64,000 nucleotides of DNA from the human T2T-CHM13v2.0 reference genome, Homo sapiens: NCBI RefSeq assembly GCF_009914755.1, contig NC_060928.1. One strand, 5' to 3'. The translations under genes were made by a program, and so were the position numbers. Position 1 is the stretch's first letter; the number at the start of each line of letters is the position of its first letter. Shown here in pieces: positions 1-14,230 of this stretch. The notes under the pieces are model-generated. The model saw only the letters and a program-made list of their open reading frames with translations. It was not told where the DNA came from and did not search any database.

Positions 1-990
1 CTGGGGGCTGGACTGCCTGAAGAATGGAGTGAGAACTTATGGAGCTTTTTCTGGCCATGCATGGACCAATCCCATAAAAACCCTAGGATTCAGCCTGACT
101 TGGGCAGACGATGGAATGACCTGCCTGTGGAGAGGTGCTACCCACTGTGGGTCTCCTCTCTGCTGAAAGCTGAACACTCATCAGGACACCTTGCTTGTGG
201 AGAGGAGCTACCCACTGTGGGTCTCCTCTCTGCTGAGAGCTGAATATTCATCAGGACACCGTGCCTGTGGAGAGGAACTACCCACTGTAAGTCTCCTCTG
301 AGCTGTTCTGTCACTCAATAAAGCATCTCTTTGCTTTGCTCACCCTTCACTTGTCTGTGTACCTCATTCTTCCTGAACATGGGACAAGAACTCGGGACCC
401 TCCAAATGGCAGGGCTGAAACAGCTGTAACAGAAGCAGGGCTGAAAGACACTCCTTGCTCACTACATTGTGGGTGATGGGAAGGAGAGAAGAGAGAAGGT
501 GAGAATAGCTGTGGCCCTTCAGAGAGCCCAGACCTAGGAGCTCCCTGAGCCAGGGCTGTGACACCCTCTTTGGAGCTCTGCAGTTCCTGGCATCTCCAAG
601 TTTCTGGATTCCAGCAGAAACTGCATTCTCCAATGCCAGCCGTAGATGCCAGCCATAGAAGCTGTTTGTACTATGCCTGGTCCAGCCACAGCCTCGCTGG
701 GAGCTGGCACCTGTGCTGCTGCCCAAAGGTGCCTACCCCACCGCAGCCGGTGTGCCTGGTGGTGTGCAGCGGATGGACCCTTTGCTCACTTGCTCACAGA
801 CCCCTCACCACTCTGCGCCTGGCTCACCCTAGGCAGGTGTGGGATCTAGGCCAGTAGCACAAGCTGAGTGCAGCCTGCCAGGTCAAGTGGGAGGAATGAG
901 CCCAGCAGGCCGGAGCAAAACTCAGGCAAACATGCCACCAGCTACAGAGGTTTCTGTATGGGAAAGTGACATCCCACGTCTCCTGTGACA
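1..990 (+). mobile_element. ERV1-class LTR, MER52-like, 5' end outside the window
   Basis: GC-rich; internal 70-bp repeats; AATAAA at 317-322; ends ...TCCTGTGACA at 990 with a sharp change to AT-rich DNA. Family recalled from consensus. Confidence 0.8.
121..305 (+). repeat. 70-bp tandem repeat (~2.6 copies) inside the LTR
   Basis: Units start at 121, 191 and 261 (…GTGGAGAGG.GCTACCCACTGTGGGTCTCCTCTCTGCTGA.AGCTGAA.A.TCATCAGGACACC). Confidence 0.9.
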
Positions 991-2125
991 ATAACAAATT
1001 TTTTCCCTTTTTCTCTTTCAACTAAACTTTAAAACATTGGTGGTTTTCTCAGTCATATGTAAGTTATGAAGACTATGTTTCAGATAATTCATTGTTTAGG
1101 ATTGAGTATTATAGTTCCATTTTACTATGTTTTATATGAAATAAAAACCACAACTTTGAAAAAGAAAAATATGAAACACCCCCTGAAGACAATGTCTGCT
1201 CTTATTACAAGATGTCATAAGTTGTCATCAGAGTCATTCTAACACAGGTCAACTAACGCAGTTATCATCTTAAGGCCTATAGCAACTGAATAGATGTCAT
1301 CCATTTGTATATGATATGTTCTGGCTTCCTAGGCATGTGGCAAGCTAGATTCCCCTCATGCCAGACATCCTAGGTGATCTATACCTGCACAGTATCCCTA
1401 AAAAGAGGCTCAGTACTGAAAACAAATGTAATGTTTTGGGGGCAAAGAGATATGTAGTAAATATATGAGAAACTATTGGGAAATATTACAGAAAAAATAA
1501 TTTCTATGAAAGCTGCATTCTGTAGGTGTTATGTAAAATATGTAAAATTTTTTAAAGCATTAAATTTTATCAGAATATGGAGCTGTTAATTCAGATAGTC
1601 CTGAAAGAATATCATCCTCTTTAAATTTTAAATGTGGTTTGGAATAATCAAGAAATAATAACTTCAATTTGTTTTAATAAAAAAAGGAGAAAAAGTATTA
1701 AGAAACTGAAAATCACAATTATCCTACACCTCAGTGATAATCACTGTTGCTATAGATATGTTCATGCCATTCTCTACCTTTATACATGCATACAGCTACA
1801 ATACTTTTTTTTAATTTTTTCATTTTAAATTTCAATATGGATTTTCTTTTTAGGTCAATAAAGGAAGAGTTGCCTCATTTTAATGTCTTTCTAAGATCAC
1901 ATAGTGGGGATTCATTTTAATGTATTTAATCAGACTATACACTAAAATGCCTCATATCATATACATTTAAAGTAAAATATTTGTTCTTAAAGTCTGAAAA
2001 CATATTTTTTATAGGGTTCAGGTTTATTTTTGTTCTTAGTTATTGTGGTACAAATTTTATAGTATCTTAAATATGAAGTACTTTTCATTAGACAGGGGAA
2101 CTTGAGAGAATGTTGTGTAATATAA

Positions 2126-3000
<875 letters not shown>

Positions 3001-5261
3001 AATAGAAATGCCATCACATTTCTATTTATTGCTTACTGGTGATACCATAAATTGAAGCAGTAGGATACAGGATTGAGATGAGTCTCTCTAAAGTCATGGC
3101 CTGACTTAATACATCAGAGTCAGCCTGACTAGCCTCAGTACCAAGTGGGAGATAAAACATGTATGGAGAAAGGGGCCCTTGAGATTTATTTGTCTTCAGT
3201 CACTGGCATTTGTGAGCTCTGCTTCATGGATTTTTATGCTATGCCATGTCTGTTACATTATTGTTATAAAGCATGAAGACAACTAAGATTATTTTATGTA
3301 GTATAACTTACTACTGCACTCTTCAAAAATCTGTAGATGACAGAGGTAGGTGCCAGACTTCATTTCCCTCTGTTGTGTATTCCTGTTTTGGTACTTTTTT
3401 CTTTTTTAACAGCTAAGTATATATGCAGACACACACATGCACACAGTTATTCCTTTGCTTTTGTTTACAACTTTATTACAAGCAAATATGAGGAAGTCAA
3501 AGCCATTTTTCCTAGCTCATCTTATGTTTTTCTTTTTAAAGGCTTTCATGTTACTTGACTTCAATATCTAGTATTAGTAAAAGTTCCTTTTCTTTCCATT
3601 TCTCTTTCTAAAGGTTTGATTCTGTTTCTCCTTTTTTCAAACATACATAAGTCATTTGACTTGGAAATATCACATATTGAAAGAAAAATGTCTTAACTAA
3701 GTGATTCAGTATGACATTCCTTGTCTCAGCCCAGTCATGCGGAGAGGACATTTTTGTTGCTCAGAAAAGAAAAGAATGCCTTACAGCACTCCATTGAAGT
3801 ATAATGAATTAAATCTGTCCCAGATGAAAAAAAAAAAAAAGGAAAAAAGAGTAGAATAGTAAGTGGTCTGGTAAAATGGATTCAGATAGTAATATCCTAA
3901 CTAACTCACAGTGAAATGCACATTGTTTTAACTTAAGAGAAATAAAGTAGTATATTATATAACATATGCAATATATAAGGTGCGTATAACATATTGCTCC
4001 CTTATATTAGGTGAAAATAAGCAATATCTTTATTTGCTGCACTTTCAGATAATGAATTCAAGTACATACTCCAACTCATTTGGTTAACCATACATACAAA
4101 TAAAGAATATTCAGCAATAAAATGCTGCTACAAGTAGATAGTAATAAATGAATATAGATGTCATTCCAGTTATTTTTAAATGAAAATCTTTTACCATTTT
4201 ATCTGCCTATTGATAAAGCATTTAACTAGTGAAAGATTACAGCTTAGAAATCACTGGTACAGAAGCCAGGGCTGAAATGCTTTTCCAAGCAATGTATGTG
4301 AACTTGTTAATTTTAAAAAGCACACTTCCATTTATTTTGGATGCATCGTTCTATGAATTTTACTCATGTGTCTGACATAGCTAATCATTTTATTTTTGGA
4401 ATGGGCTCTGTGAAATATTCTATGGATGTTGACTGATGGATATGATAATTTGTTTTATCAAATATTGTCCAGAGGTATGTGGAGTATTTGGAAATTAGAC
4501 TTCTTTGCAAGATTACCACATTTTCAAACACATTTCTACATTTTCAGAATATTATTAAGTCAATTTTATATATTCCTAGGAATAAGCCTTTAAGATTCAT
4601 ACATTTATAAATATACATTTATAGTAAGAAAATCAAAAGAAGTTAGTATTTTTTTAAATTGCCACTGAAAATTTTTAGAGCATAGGCAAATAAGATCTTG
4701 TAATACGGTAGGGAATTCATAAATTGTATTTTGTTGGAATAAAATGATTTATTTCAGTCCATCAACATGAGTCACTTTTCATTTGTTTCTAGAAAAACAT
4801 AGTAACACTGAAACATTAATTTAATATAAATCAGTGGATTTGGTTAAAAATTTCTTAATGTTTGATATTTCACATTTTGTGAGGTTTTACGTAAGTCCAA
4901 ATTGAAAATACATTCCAATTTCCATAAAATGCTTTAAAAGTTTACCTTTCTTGGTCACCTAAAATGTAGCTCAATTTCTGTCATCTATAGCAATATGCTT
5001 TGTATGCTGAGAATTTCATTGTGATAAAAGCAAACAAACAAACATAATCTTTTAACCAAATTAAAGTCAAAACATTTATTTGTACTAGAGGATAATATGT
5101 ATAAATGTGGCTTACATGCCTTTTAAGAAAAATAAGTGTACATCACAGGAATAATGACCACTTTAGCCGTGCTCCTTGGCAATGACATGCATCTTACTAG
5201 GTCAGATTTCAAGGTGCCCACCCCAAGAGACACTGTTTTCAATATGTCTTTTTACTTAACA

Positions 5262-5757
5262 TGTGTTAGGATGAATAATGACCCCCACCCCACCCTGATA
5301 TTTGAATTATGATCTTCTCCATAACCTGTGAATGTTATCTTATATGGCTAAAGGGACTTTTCATATATGATGAAACTTTATGGCTTTTGAGATGAGCTGA
5401 TTATCTTGGATTATCAAGGTGGGCCATAAATGTAATCACATTGGTCCTTTTAAGAGGGACATAGGAAGATTAGAAGAGGGAAAATGTGATGTGACTTTAG
5501 AAATGAGGAAGAAAAGGTGCTGTGTTGTGGGGCCACAAGCCGAAGAATGAGGGCACAGCCTCTAGAGTCTAGAAAAAAGGAAAGAAACAGATTTTCCCCA
5601 AAGCTTCCTTATGAAACAAACCATGCCAGCATCTTGGTTTTAGCAAGATTTATTTTGGTCTTCTGACCTTCACAACTATAAGATAATTAAGTTGCATTCT
5701 TTTAAGACTTTAAGTTAGTGGTAGTTTGATATAGAAGCAACAGAAAAAACGAATACA
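5262..5757 (+). mobile_element. MaLR solo LTR, MLT1D-like
   Basis: TG...CA ends; motifs AACCTGTGAATGTTATCTTATATGGC, GATTATCTTGGATTATC..GGTGGGCC, AATGTAATCACA, GCAACAGAAAAAACGAATACA. Confidence 0.8.
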
Positions 5758-6021
5758 ATATCCTAGGTTCCACACTATTCCTTACTCATCTCTTTGGTTA
5801 TATTGTCACTTGCTGGATTCAAATTATATTTCTTTAAGGTAAAGGAATGTTATTGAAGTAACATATAAAAGAATATAGGAAATGAAAGAATTGGAGCTAG
5901 AGAATCACTTTATGAATCACAGATCTTCATTTACATGCATTGGCATAATGTCCTCTGAAATATCCTATAGTACTTTTAGTTTATGATTTACAAACAATTT
6001 TCTCAAAAAAAAGAAAATGGA

Positions 6022-6311
6022 GGCCTGGCACAGTGGCTCACGCTTGTAATTCCAACACTCGAGAGGCTGAGGTGGGAGGATTGCTTGAGCCCAGGAGTTT
6101 GAGACCAGCCTAGGTAACACAGTGAGACCTCATCTCTACAAAAAGTAAATACAATTAGGTGGGCATGGTTATGTGTACCTGTGGTCCCAGTTATTCGGGA
6201 GGCTGAAGTAAGAGGATAGCTTGAGCTGCAGAGATCGAAGATGCAGTGAGTTAAGATCATACCACTGCACTCCAGCCTGGACAATGCGGTGAGACCCTGT
6301 CTCAAAAAAAA
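6022..6311 (+). mobile_element. AluJ
   Basis: GGAGGATTGCTTGAGCCCAGGAGTTTGAGACC J-type diagnostics; dimeric structure. Confidence 0.93.
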
Positions 6312-7298
6312 TTTTTTTAAATGCCAGATTAAGAGTCTTATTACTTTTATAAGTCTTCTTAAATTGCCCTTAAATTGTAAGTGGACAACGTCATTAAACT
6401 TTTTAATAAATGCTGAATGTATGGCTACAATATATATATGGGAGAACTTCTTTTATTTTTAATCATGATTAATGTTTTTATTTCATAGCCATTTAGTCTC
6501 TTTTTATTTGAAATCTAGTTGATTCTCTTTATGACCTACATATTTGTTTTCTACCATTAGATAGTTGTCTCATCTTTTTTGGTCTTCTAAGTTCAGAATG
6601 AATGTCATATAAGCAAGTCTTAGGACGACAGGCAGTAGAAAATAAGGAAACTACTGTCTTGAGGAGGAAAATAGAGAATTGTTCAGTTGATTGACATTGA
6701 GCAAAATACTACTGATATATGCATCTATTTGTGTTTTCTTCTATTGCTGCATTCCATCCTGAGAACTAAAAACCCATAGTTACTGTGATCACCTAAACTA
6801 TTTTGAGATTTTAAACATTAATATTATATGATGTGGCTTTTTAAATTACAAGATATCTGTAAAATATTTTTCTCTTGGAGAATAATTCCATCTTCCTATA
6901 TGAATCATGCACTGATTTATCATCTGTTAGATGCTATGAACTTCTTGGGTATACTAAGTGGATATGTGTTTTTGCATAGCACATGCTTTTGTATAATATT
7001 ATTTAATAAGTGCTAATATAAACTCATATGATTAATTTTGCTAACAAAAAGGCACAAGGCACTCTTTTTTAACATTATCCTACCCTGTCTTTAAAAAGTC
7101 AGTGCTTTTCAGTGGAGTTTTATACATGACTGAAACTTCATTTAAAAAGTTTCTTAGCATTCTGAGGAATCATTTGTTTGTGTACACTGACTTTAGAATG
7201 TGATAAACATTCATGATCGAAGGGTTTATTAACCTAGAACCCCTGTGAATTACATTCCCAGTATGTAAACACTACAATATTTCACTTAAATTATTTTA

Positions 7299-7593
<295 letters not shown>

Positions 7594-7800
7594 TTATTTT
7601 AATGATACCATGTTAGATCTATAGTGCTGTGCAATCAACTAATATCATCTTTATATGTCTATTATGTGAGAATTTTTAAAAATATAGTTATGTTTAAGGC
7701 TTATTTTTATATGCTTCACACACAAGTGTGTTATAATCGAACATGAGATAGTGGGCTGCTAATTTTTGTCTGTATAATGGAAGTGAAAGAAACACCATTT

Positions 7801-8398
7801 TGTTGCAGTCTTCTTACACCTTAGTTTAGCAAGGTCCAAATTCTTGTCCCATGACCAAGAAGAATAAGGCATGTAAACACCAGAGAGTGAGTAAGGCAGA
7901 GTGGGATTTATTAAGTGACAGAAAAGCTCTCAGCAGCAAGAGAGGACCCAAAGATGGTTGCAAAAAATGATGCTGAGCTCTAGGTCTTTTATGTGTCAGA
8001 AAAAGAGTCTTCTGTAGGTTCTGCCTTAATGGGAGAGGTAAAGTTCCCCCCAGGGGTGTTGTGTTTGTGTATGCCTGGGGTTGGCCATAGTAACTCCATC
8101 TTGATTACCCATGAGTGCCTAAATGAAACCCACAGAAGGACAAAAGTCACAATGCTCATAGAATTATAAGGAGTTCAGGGTCATTGTAGGATGTCCTCGG
8201 TCCTTGTCTGTGCCTGCACAGGCAACTAGAAAGTCCTTTCTGAGCAAGCATTTTGGTATAACAGGAAGTTCTTAACCACATTCCCTCCTGCTAGCTACAT
8301 AACAGGGGTGGTACAGGTGTGTTCTTGCAGGCATTGTCCCCCTTCTGAGACTCTCCCTCTCTATCTGCCTAAACAGCCCCTACCTGCCTCCTCTCTCA
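7801..8398 (-). mobile_element. ERV1-class solo LTR (family not assigned)
   Basis: TG...CA ends, perfect 4-bp TSD ATTT (7797-7800 / 8399-8402), AATAAA on the - strand at 7907-7912; both ends resemble the LTR at 20588-21102. Confidence 0.85.
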
Positions 8399-9249
8399 AT
8401 TTTACTGAAATTAGCAGGAAAAAATAGGCTAATTATTTGAATAGTCAATATGCATGTAAATCCAGCAATATCATTTTTACTATATGGTGCTCTATGTTGT
8501 GGCAAATAGAGGAAAAGTTTACCCACAAATGACTTTTTCATTGTCACACTTACTTCACTTACACTGCAATGAACCATGTTGAAATGGACAAATTAACAGT
8601 AAATGATTATCTTTCCTAATACTAATCCTGTGATTTGGGAAGATGTGTATCTTCTATGACGGTCATCATATGACATTCTTGAATTAAACAATATTGCTTT
8701 AAAATTAGTGCTAATAGCTAATAGAACTCAACAATTAACTAACATTTATTAAACCTGATCAATAGGTGACAGTTACATGTAAATCGGAGGTTTATATGTG
8801 GGTTAAATTAAAATTGCATATCTTTTTGATTGCAGAAAAGTCTATATATAAATAAATATGCATCATATTATTACTATGCTCTGAAATTTCTCTTTCCAAT
8901 TTCTGTATGCCAATTCAAATTGTGAGGGCCTGGTTATATAATGCCTGATCTACATCATGACTGAATGAATTCTGGGGCACTCAGATATTTCACAGATGGT
9001 CTTTATTTCATCAGATCATCATAGTACTCTTGAGAACCGATCAGGTCAGGGTGAATTAAATCAGGGTCCCAGAGTGACCATGAAATGTATGACTCATTCT
9101 CCCACAAGACAGCAGTATCATGATTTTCAGGCCACTGTTCTGGACTCCACTGACTATTATTTGATTACTGAGAGTCTGAAAAGCCATTTAACATCTCTAT
9201 TCCATCTTCTGTAAAATTGAGGGTAGCATTATTCATCTCAGAAAGAAGT

Positions 9250-9700
9250 GACAAATAGGTTTAAAAGTATTTTCTCCCATTCTGTAGCTTGTGTCCTCAC
9301 TTGGTTAATTGTTTTGTTTGCTGTACAGAAGCTTTGTAGTTAGATGCACTACAATTTGTTTATTTTTGCTTTTTGACCTGTGCTTCTGGGGTCATATTCC
9401 CCCAAAATTGCCCAGATCAATTTTAAGAAGGTTTTTACCTATGTTTTCTTCTAATAGTTTTATAGTTTTAGGTTTTACATGTAAATCTTTAATCCATTTG
9501 AGTTGGCTTTTTATATCATGTAAGATAGAGATCCCATTTCTTTCTTCTTCATGTAGATATCCAGTTTCCCCAGCCTCCTTTATTGAAGAGTCAGTCCTTT
9601 CCTCATTGTGTATTCTTGGCACATTTGTTGAAAATTAATTGACCATAAACATGTGGATTAATTTCCGGGCTATCTATTCTGTACCATTGGTCTACACGTT
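9250..9700 (-). mobile_element. L1M ORF2 fragment, inverted 5' part of the L1 at 9705-10685
   Basis: ORF 9392-9622(-) contains KWIKDLHVKPKTIKLLEENIG, matching the L1 ORF2p motif [21 protein letters not shown]. Confidence 0.88.
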
Positions 9701-9704
9701 TATT

Positions 9705-10685
9705 TAGGGGTTGATATCCAGTGTATATCAGGAATTTAAACACCTCAATAGCAAGAAAACAAATAACCTAATTTAAAAGTGGACTCAGTCTATCAACAAT
9801 GAAACATGATAAATATTTCTTGAAAGAAGACAAATGGCCAACAGATATATTAAAAAGTGCTCAACTTCACTAATCGTCAGGGAAATGTGAATCAAAACCA
9901 CACAGTGAGATATCACTGCATACCTGTTAGAAGGGTTATGTTCAAAAAGACAAAAGATAAGTGTTGATGACAATGTAGAGGGAAGAGAATCCTTGTATAC
10001 TATTGATGGAAATGTGAATTGGTATAGCCATTATGGAAAACAGTATGTAGGTACTTCAAAAAATTAAAAATAGAACTACCATATGTTCCAGTAGTCTTAC
10101 TTCTGGGTATGGATATGTAAAAGAAATGAATCAATATCTTAAAGAGATATCTGTAGTCTCACGTTCCTTGCAGTACTGTTCACAATAAATAAGATAAATA
10201 TAATTGGCCTAACTGCCATCAGCAGATGAATAGATAAAAAGTAAATGTGGTATACATAAATATATAATGGAATATTATTCAGCCTTAAAAATGAAGGAAA
10301 CTCTTGTCATTTGTGATAACATGTATGAACCTGGAGGACATTATGCTAGATGAAATAAGTGAGACATCAAAAGACAAATACTATTTGATCCCTCTTATAT
10401 GTGGAATCTAAGAAAGTCAAACTTCTAGAAACAGAAAGTAGAATGGTAGTTTCCAGAAGCTATGGAGATAGGAGAAATGGGGAGATGTCGATCAAAGGGG
10501 GCAAAGTTTCAGTAATGCAGAATGAGTTAATTCTGGAAATCTAATGTACAGCTTGGTAACCACAGTTAACAATACTGTATTATATACTTTTACAACACAG
10601 TAAAAGATAACTGTAAGATGATGAATATGTTAATTAGCCTTATTGTGGTAATCATTTTACATTGTAAAGATATATCAAAACATTA
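9705..10685 (+). mobile_element. L1MA8/9-like ORF2 end and 3' UTR
   Basis: GGGGTTGATATCCA..., AAAATAGAACTACCATATG, GAACCTGGAGGACATTATGCTA.ATGAAATAAG, TCTAATGTACAGC.TGGTAAC. Confidence 0.88.
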
Positions 10686-11431
10686 GGTAAGAGGGATACC
10701 AAAAAGCATGTTTTTAATTTATGTTTACTTTAAAAATAAACAATGAAACTAAAGCATTTGAGAACATTAGATTACTTTATCTCACTTTTTTCATCTATAA
10801 TATTTTAGAATGAATTTACTTTTAAAAATTTTGAAATAACTACAAAAGGAGTCTTTGTGGACTAAATTGTTTATAAATCTTTAATTATATCTTAATTTCA
10901 TTTTAACTCACAGTAACTGAAGTCATTTAAAAAAAGAAAGCGAAGTAAAGGACAGAACCTTTAAACTCCTGTTTTCAAAATATAGCTAGTTTTTAAACAA
11001 TCAATATTATAATGTATCCTATATAAAAATAGTATTCCAGAGATTGAATCTACCTTTTTCCATTTTATTTTTTAATAATCATAATTTATAATGAACTTTT
11101 GATATAAACATAGTAATAGAATCATAAATTATTTTGAAAGGTGAATGTTATAAATTACTGCTGTTTTATATAGAACAATGATGATAATGACTATAAATAT
11201 ATTATAGGCATAACATTTTTTGTTTTATATACCACTGAACAGACACTATCTCATTAATTAGAAGGCTTTCTTGACTCATCTTCGGTTAATATTAAATAAT
11301 CTATTTGGAACTCACAATGGTAACTAATATTTACAACAGATCGTTGCTTTTATAATTTTCTTACATATAGATAAATAATTAGTAATTTACAACTTCATAA
11401 TATATAATATGTAAATTTGTCGATGCATTTT

Positions 11432-11432
<1 letters not shown>

Positions 11433-11476
<44 letters not shown>
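11433..11476 (+). repeat. (AGAT)11 tetranucleotide STR
   Basis: Perfect run counted directly. Confidence 0.97.
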
Positions 11477-12923
11477 GTGTATAGACTCCAGGTTATGTTT
11501 TCTAATCTAATCTATATAAACATAACCATTTGAAATCCCTATTGATTCAACACAACTTTCTGTGCAACATATTCTTCCATAATTGTAAATTTTAACTATT
11601 ATGCTCTGGTCAGAAATGAGTAGTAAGCTGATCTGTTTATATCGTACATTGATTATTTAAATAAAATATTTACAGTTGCCTGTTTATACCTGAAAATTAC
11701 AAGAGTAGATATTGCTTCTAAATACATTTTTTAAAATTAGAGCTATGGTAATTAAAAAGGTTAATAATAGGGAATAAAATGACTATAGACCAAGATAGGA
11801 AGAAAAGGAGATATGTATAAATATTCACACATCAGAATTAATATTACACTTACAGAATATTTACATTATATTAAATTTTATAGTGCCACTTTTCCATTAT
11901 GTCTACTTTGAATGTGTTCCTGATAATTGCTAATTTTTCTATAACAAATACAAAAATAACTTTATGAGTTCATATCCCTGCCTATTGTATTAAAAACTTG
12001 ACATGGATTTATGAGGTTGTATATTCAAGGTGTAATGTGAAAATTATATTGTTTTAATGGCTAAAAACATGTCACTTGACTTGAAGAGCTTCTTCAAATA
12101 ATTTCTTTGTAATACGAAAGATCTACTATTTTAAGAAGGTGTGAGTACACCAAAACATCGAGATAACATATTTGTGGTGCATGTGTGAGGACAGCCACAT
12201 TTACCTTAATGTTATTATACATTTGTCTGATCATCAGCCTCTAACATAGAAAATCCTTACAACTTGTTAACCTTCAGGATTAGCTGTTATGCTAAATTGC
12301 CTGATGAGTATGGAGTATTAGCTTTTATTCACCTTTCACTGATAACACAGAATATATTTTTCAGCTTCAGACATTCATTAATGAATCAAATTTAGGGACT
12401 AAATAAAATCCTTATTAAGCCTGACAAATGGTAGCCTCAGGTAAACCCAACGTATTTTTACACTAAATCAAAGTGAGTTCTGCTCTAGATGCTCTTTATG
12501 TTGCCACTATCCTTGCAAGTATTCTGAGGTCACATCAGAGAACAGAACATCTCCTTAAGGAATTAACAGAAGAATCTAGCCCTGAGGTATTATATTTCTG
12601 AAATGAATAAACAAGAACATAAAACACAGGGGATAATTAGAGTATCTCATATTATAGACTTAGTGCCAATATTATGGGTAGGAAAAACCATTAGCTTTTT
12701 ATAGACAATATACTTAAGGATAAATTTTTGAATTTAGAACGTTTCTGAGTGAAATTCACAGTAATTAGTCCACTGTGAGTATGGGTATCTTTTTCAGAAT
12801 TATAATTAATTTCAACATGTTTGTTTTTCCCCATGAATTAATCAATTCAGATTTGTTTAGCCTAATTGCCACAAAAGTGCCCAAGTTTGTATTCATGTTT
12901 TTTTTTTCCTATGGCTTAGAAAG

Positions 12924-12925
12924 TT

Positions 12926-12960
<35 letters not shown>

Positions 12961-13390
12961 TTTTTGTGGGAACATAGTCAATGTGTATATTCATGGGAAC
13001 ATGAGATATTTTGAAAAAGGCATGCGATGTGTAATAATCACATCAGGGTAAATGGGATATTCATCACCTCAAGCATTTATCCTTTGTGCTACAAACAATC
13101 CATTTATACTCTTTTATTTTTAAATGTACAATTAAATTACGTTTGACTGTAGTCACCCAATTGTGCTATCAGATACTAGGGCTTATTCATTCTTTCTAAC
13201 CATTCTTGTACCCAGGAACCATCTTCACTTCCTCCCCCCACTACCCCTCACTCCGTTCCCAGCCTCTGGTAATCATCTTTCTACCCTACAGCTCCATGGG
13301 TTTAATGGCTCCCATAAATAAGAACATGCAAAGTTTGTCTTTCTGTGCCTGTCTTATTTCACTGAACATGATAACCTCCAGTTCCATCTT
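12924..13390 (-). mobile_element. L1MA2-4-like 3' end with (TTTA)n tail
   Basis: TTTTTGTGGGAACATAG...GTAATAATCACATCAGGGTAAATGGG...CTTATTTCACTGAACATGATAACCTCCAGTTCCATC. Confidence 0.88.
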
Positions 13391-14081
13391 ATATTTATGT
13401 TTTATTAGTGGTATGTCATTATTCTTTTTATAAATTTAAATTCATTATTTTATAAGATTTTGACCTTTGTGATAAGTAATCCACGAGGATTGTATCATTA
13501 TTTGGCTGAACAAAAGGAACGTGACAGTTAATTCCTAAAGTGGTTTTAATAAGTAGTAATATTATATTAATTTTTACAAAATAAATTCAAATATCAATTT
13601 TAACATTTAAATATTAACTTTTTACTAATTTGTTAGGCTCAGATAAAGCTTTTCAATACCACTTTTCATACCTTTAAAATGAATGTCATCATAGTCAGTG
13701 AATTTATTTTACAACTGCCTAATAAACTCTGTGGTTATATTTTCTAAAATACTTTTTTTTTTGTACTGGAGTGAGTCTTTCCTATCAAATAGTCTTTCCT
13801 ACTTGTGTTCACATTGGCAATATCCTGTGGACCAGTTAGTGTTGCTTCAGCAATATTTAACTTCTAACTAGAAATTATGCTGTATTCAACCAAATATTAA
13901 ATTAGCTAATATGAGCAAGCTGAATAGATTCATTTTAATGTGTAGTTTCTAAAAAGTGTACTACAGATATTTTCTTAATAGGCCTAAAGCCCCAAATTAA
14001 GCAAAACCTTATTCAAATCTGTATAACAGGAACTAAAATAAAATTAGTGTTGATGTTGATAATAATTTAACTTTGCATAAG

Positions 14082-14114
14082 CTTACTACTTCTTTTCCTT
14101 TCTTTTGACTTCAG
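14082..14114 (+). promoter_or_regulatory. 3' splice site of the exon: candidate branch point, polypyrimidine tract, AG
   Basis: CTTAC (yUnAy) at 14082-14086, then CTTCTTTTCCTTTCTTTTGACTTCAG directly before the exon. Confidence 0.85.
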
Positions 14115-14224
14115 ATGCAATAACAGAACCCAGTGTGCAGTGGTGGCAGGTCCTGATGTTTTTCCAGACCCGTGTCCAGGAACCTATAAATACCTTGAAG
14201 TGCAGTATGAATGTGTCCCTTACA
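14115..14224 (+). CDS. ADGRL3: Internal coding exon (110 nt, phase 2 in, phase 1 out) of adhesion GPCR latrophilin-3, C-terminal part of the rhamnose-binding-lectin (SUEL) domain
   Basis: Seen: polypyrimidine tract + CAG (14112-14114), then A + 36 codons [36 protein letters not shown] + A, then GTATGT. Known: this is the latrophilin lectin motif. As I recall the paralogs, [10 protein letters not shown] matches ADGRL3 rather than ADGRL1 (CVVVAGSDAF) or ADGRL2 (CIVVTGSDVF). Confidence 0.96.
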
Positions 14225-14230
14225 GTATGT
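14222..14230 (+). promoter_or_regulatory. 5' splice donor ACA|GTATGT
   Basis: GT at 14225-14226, exactly where latrophilin similarity ends; lacks the consensus -1 G. Confidence 0.88.

Noticed and set aside
121-305. Regularly spaced repeats resembling a CRISPR array
   Set aside because: These are head-to-tail 70-bp units with no unique spacers, inside an LTR in primate DNA, with no cas genes.
640-920. GC-rich segment as a CpG-island promoter
   Set aside because: It lies within the LTR and has few CpGs.
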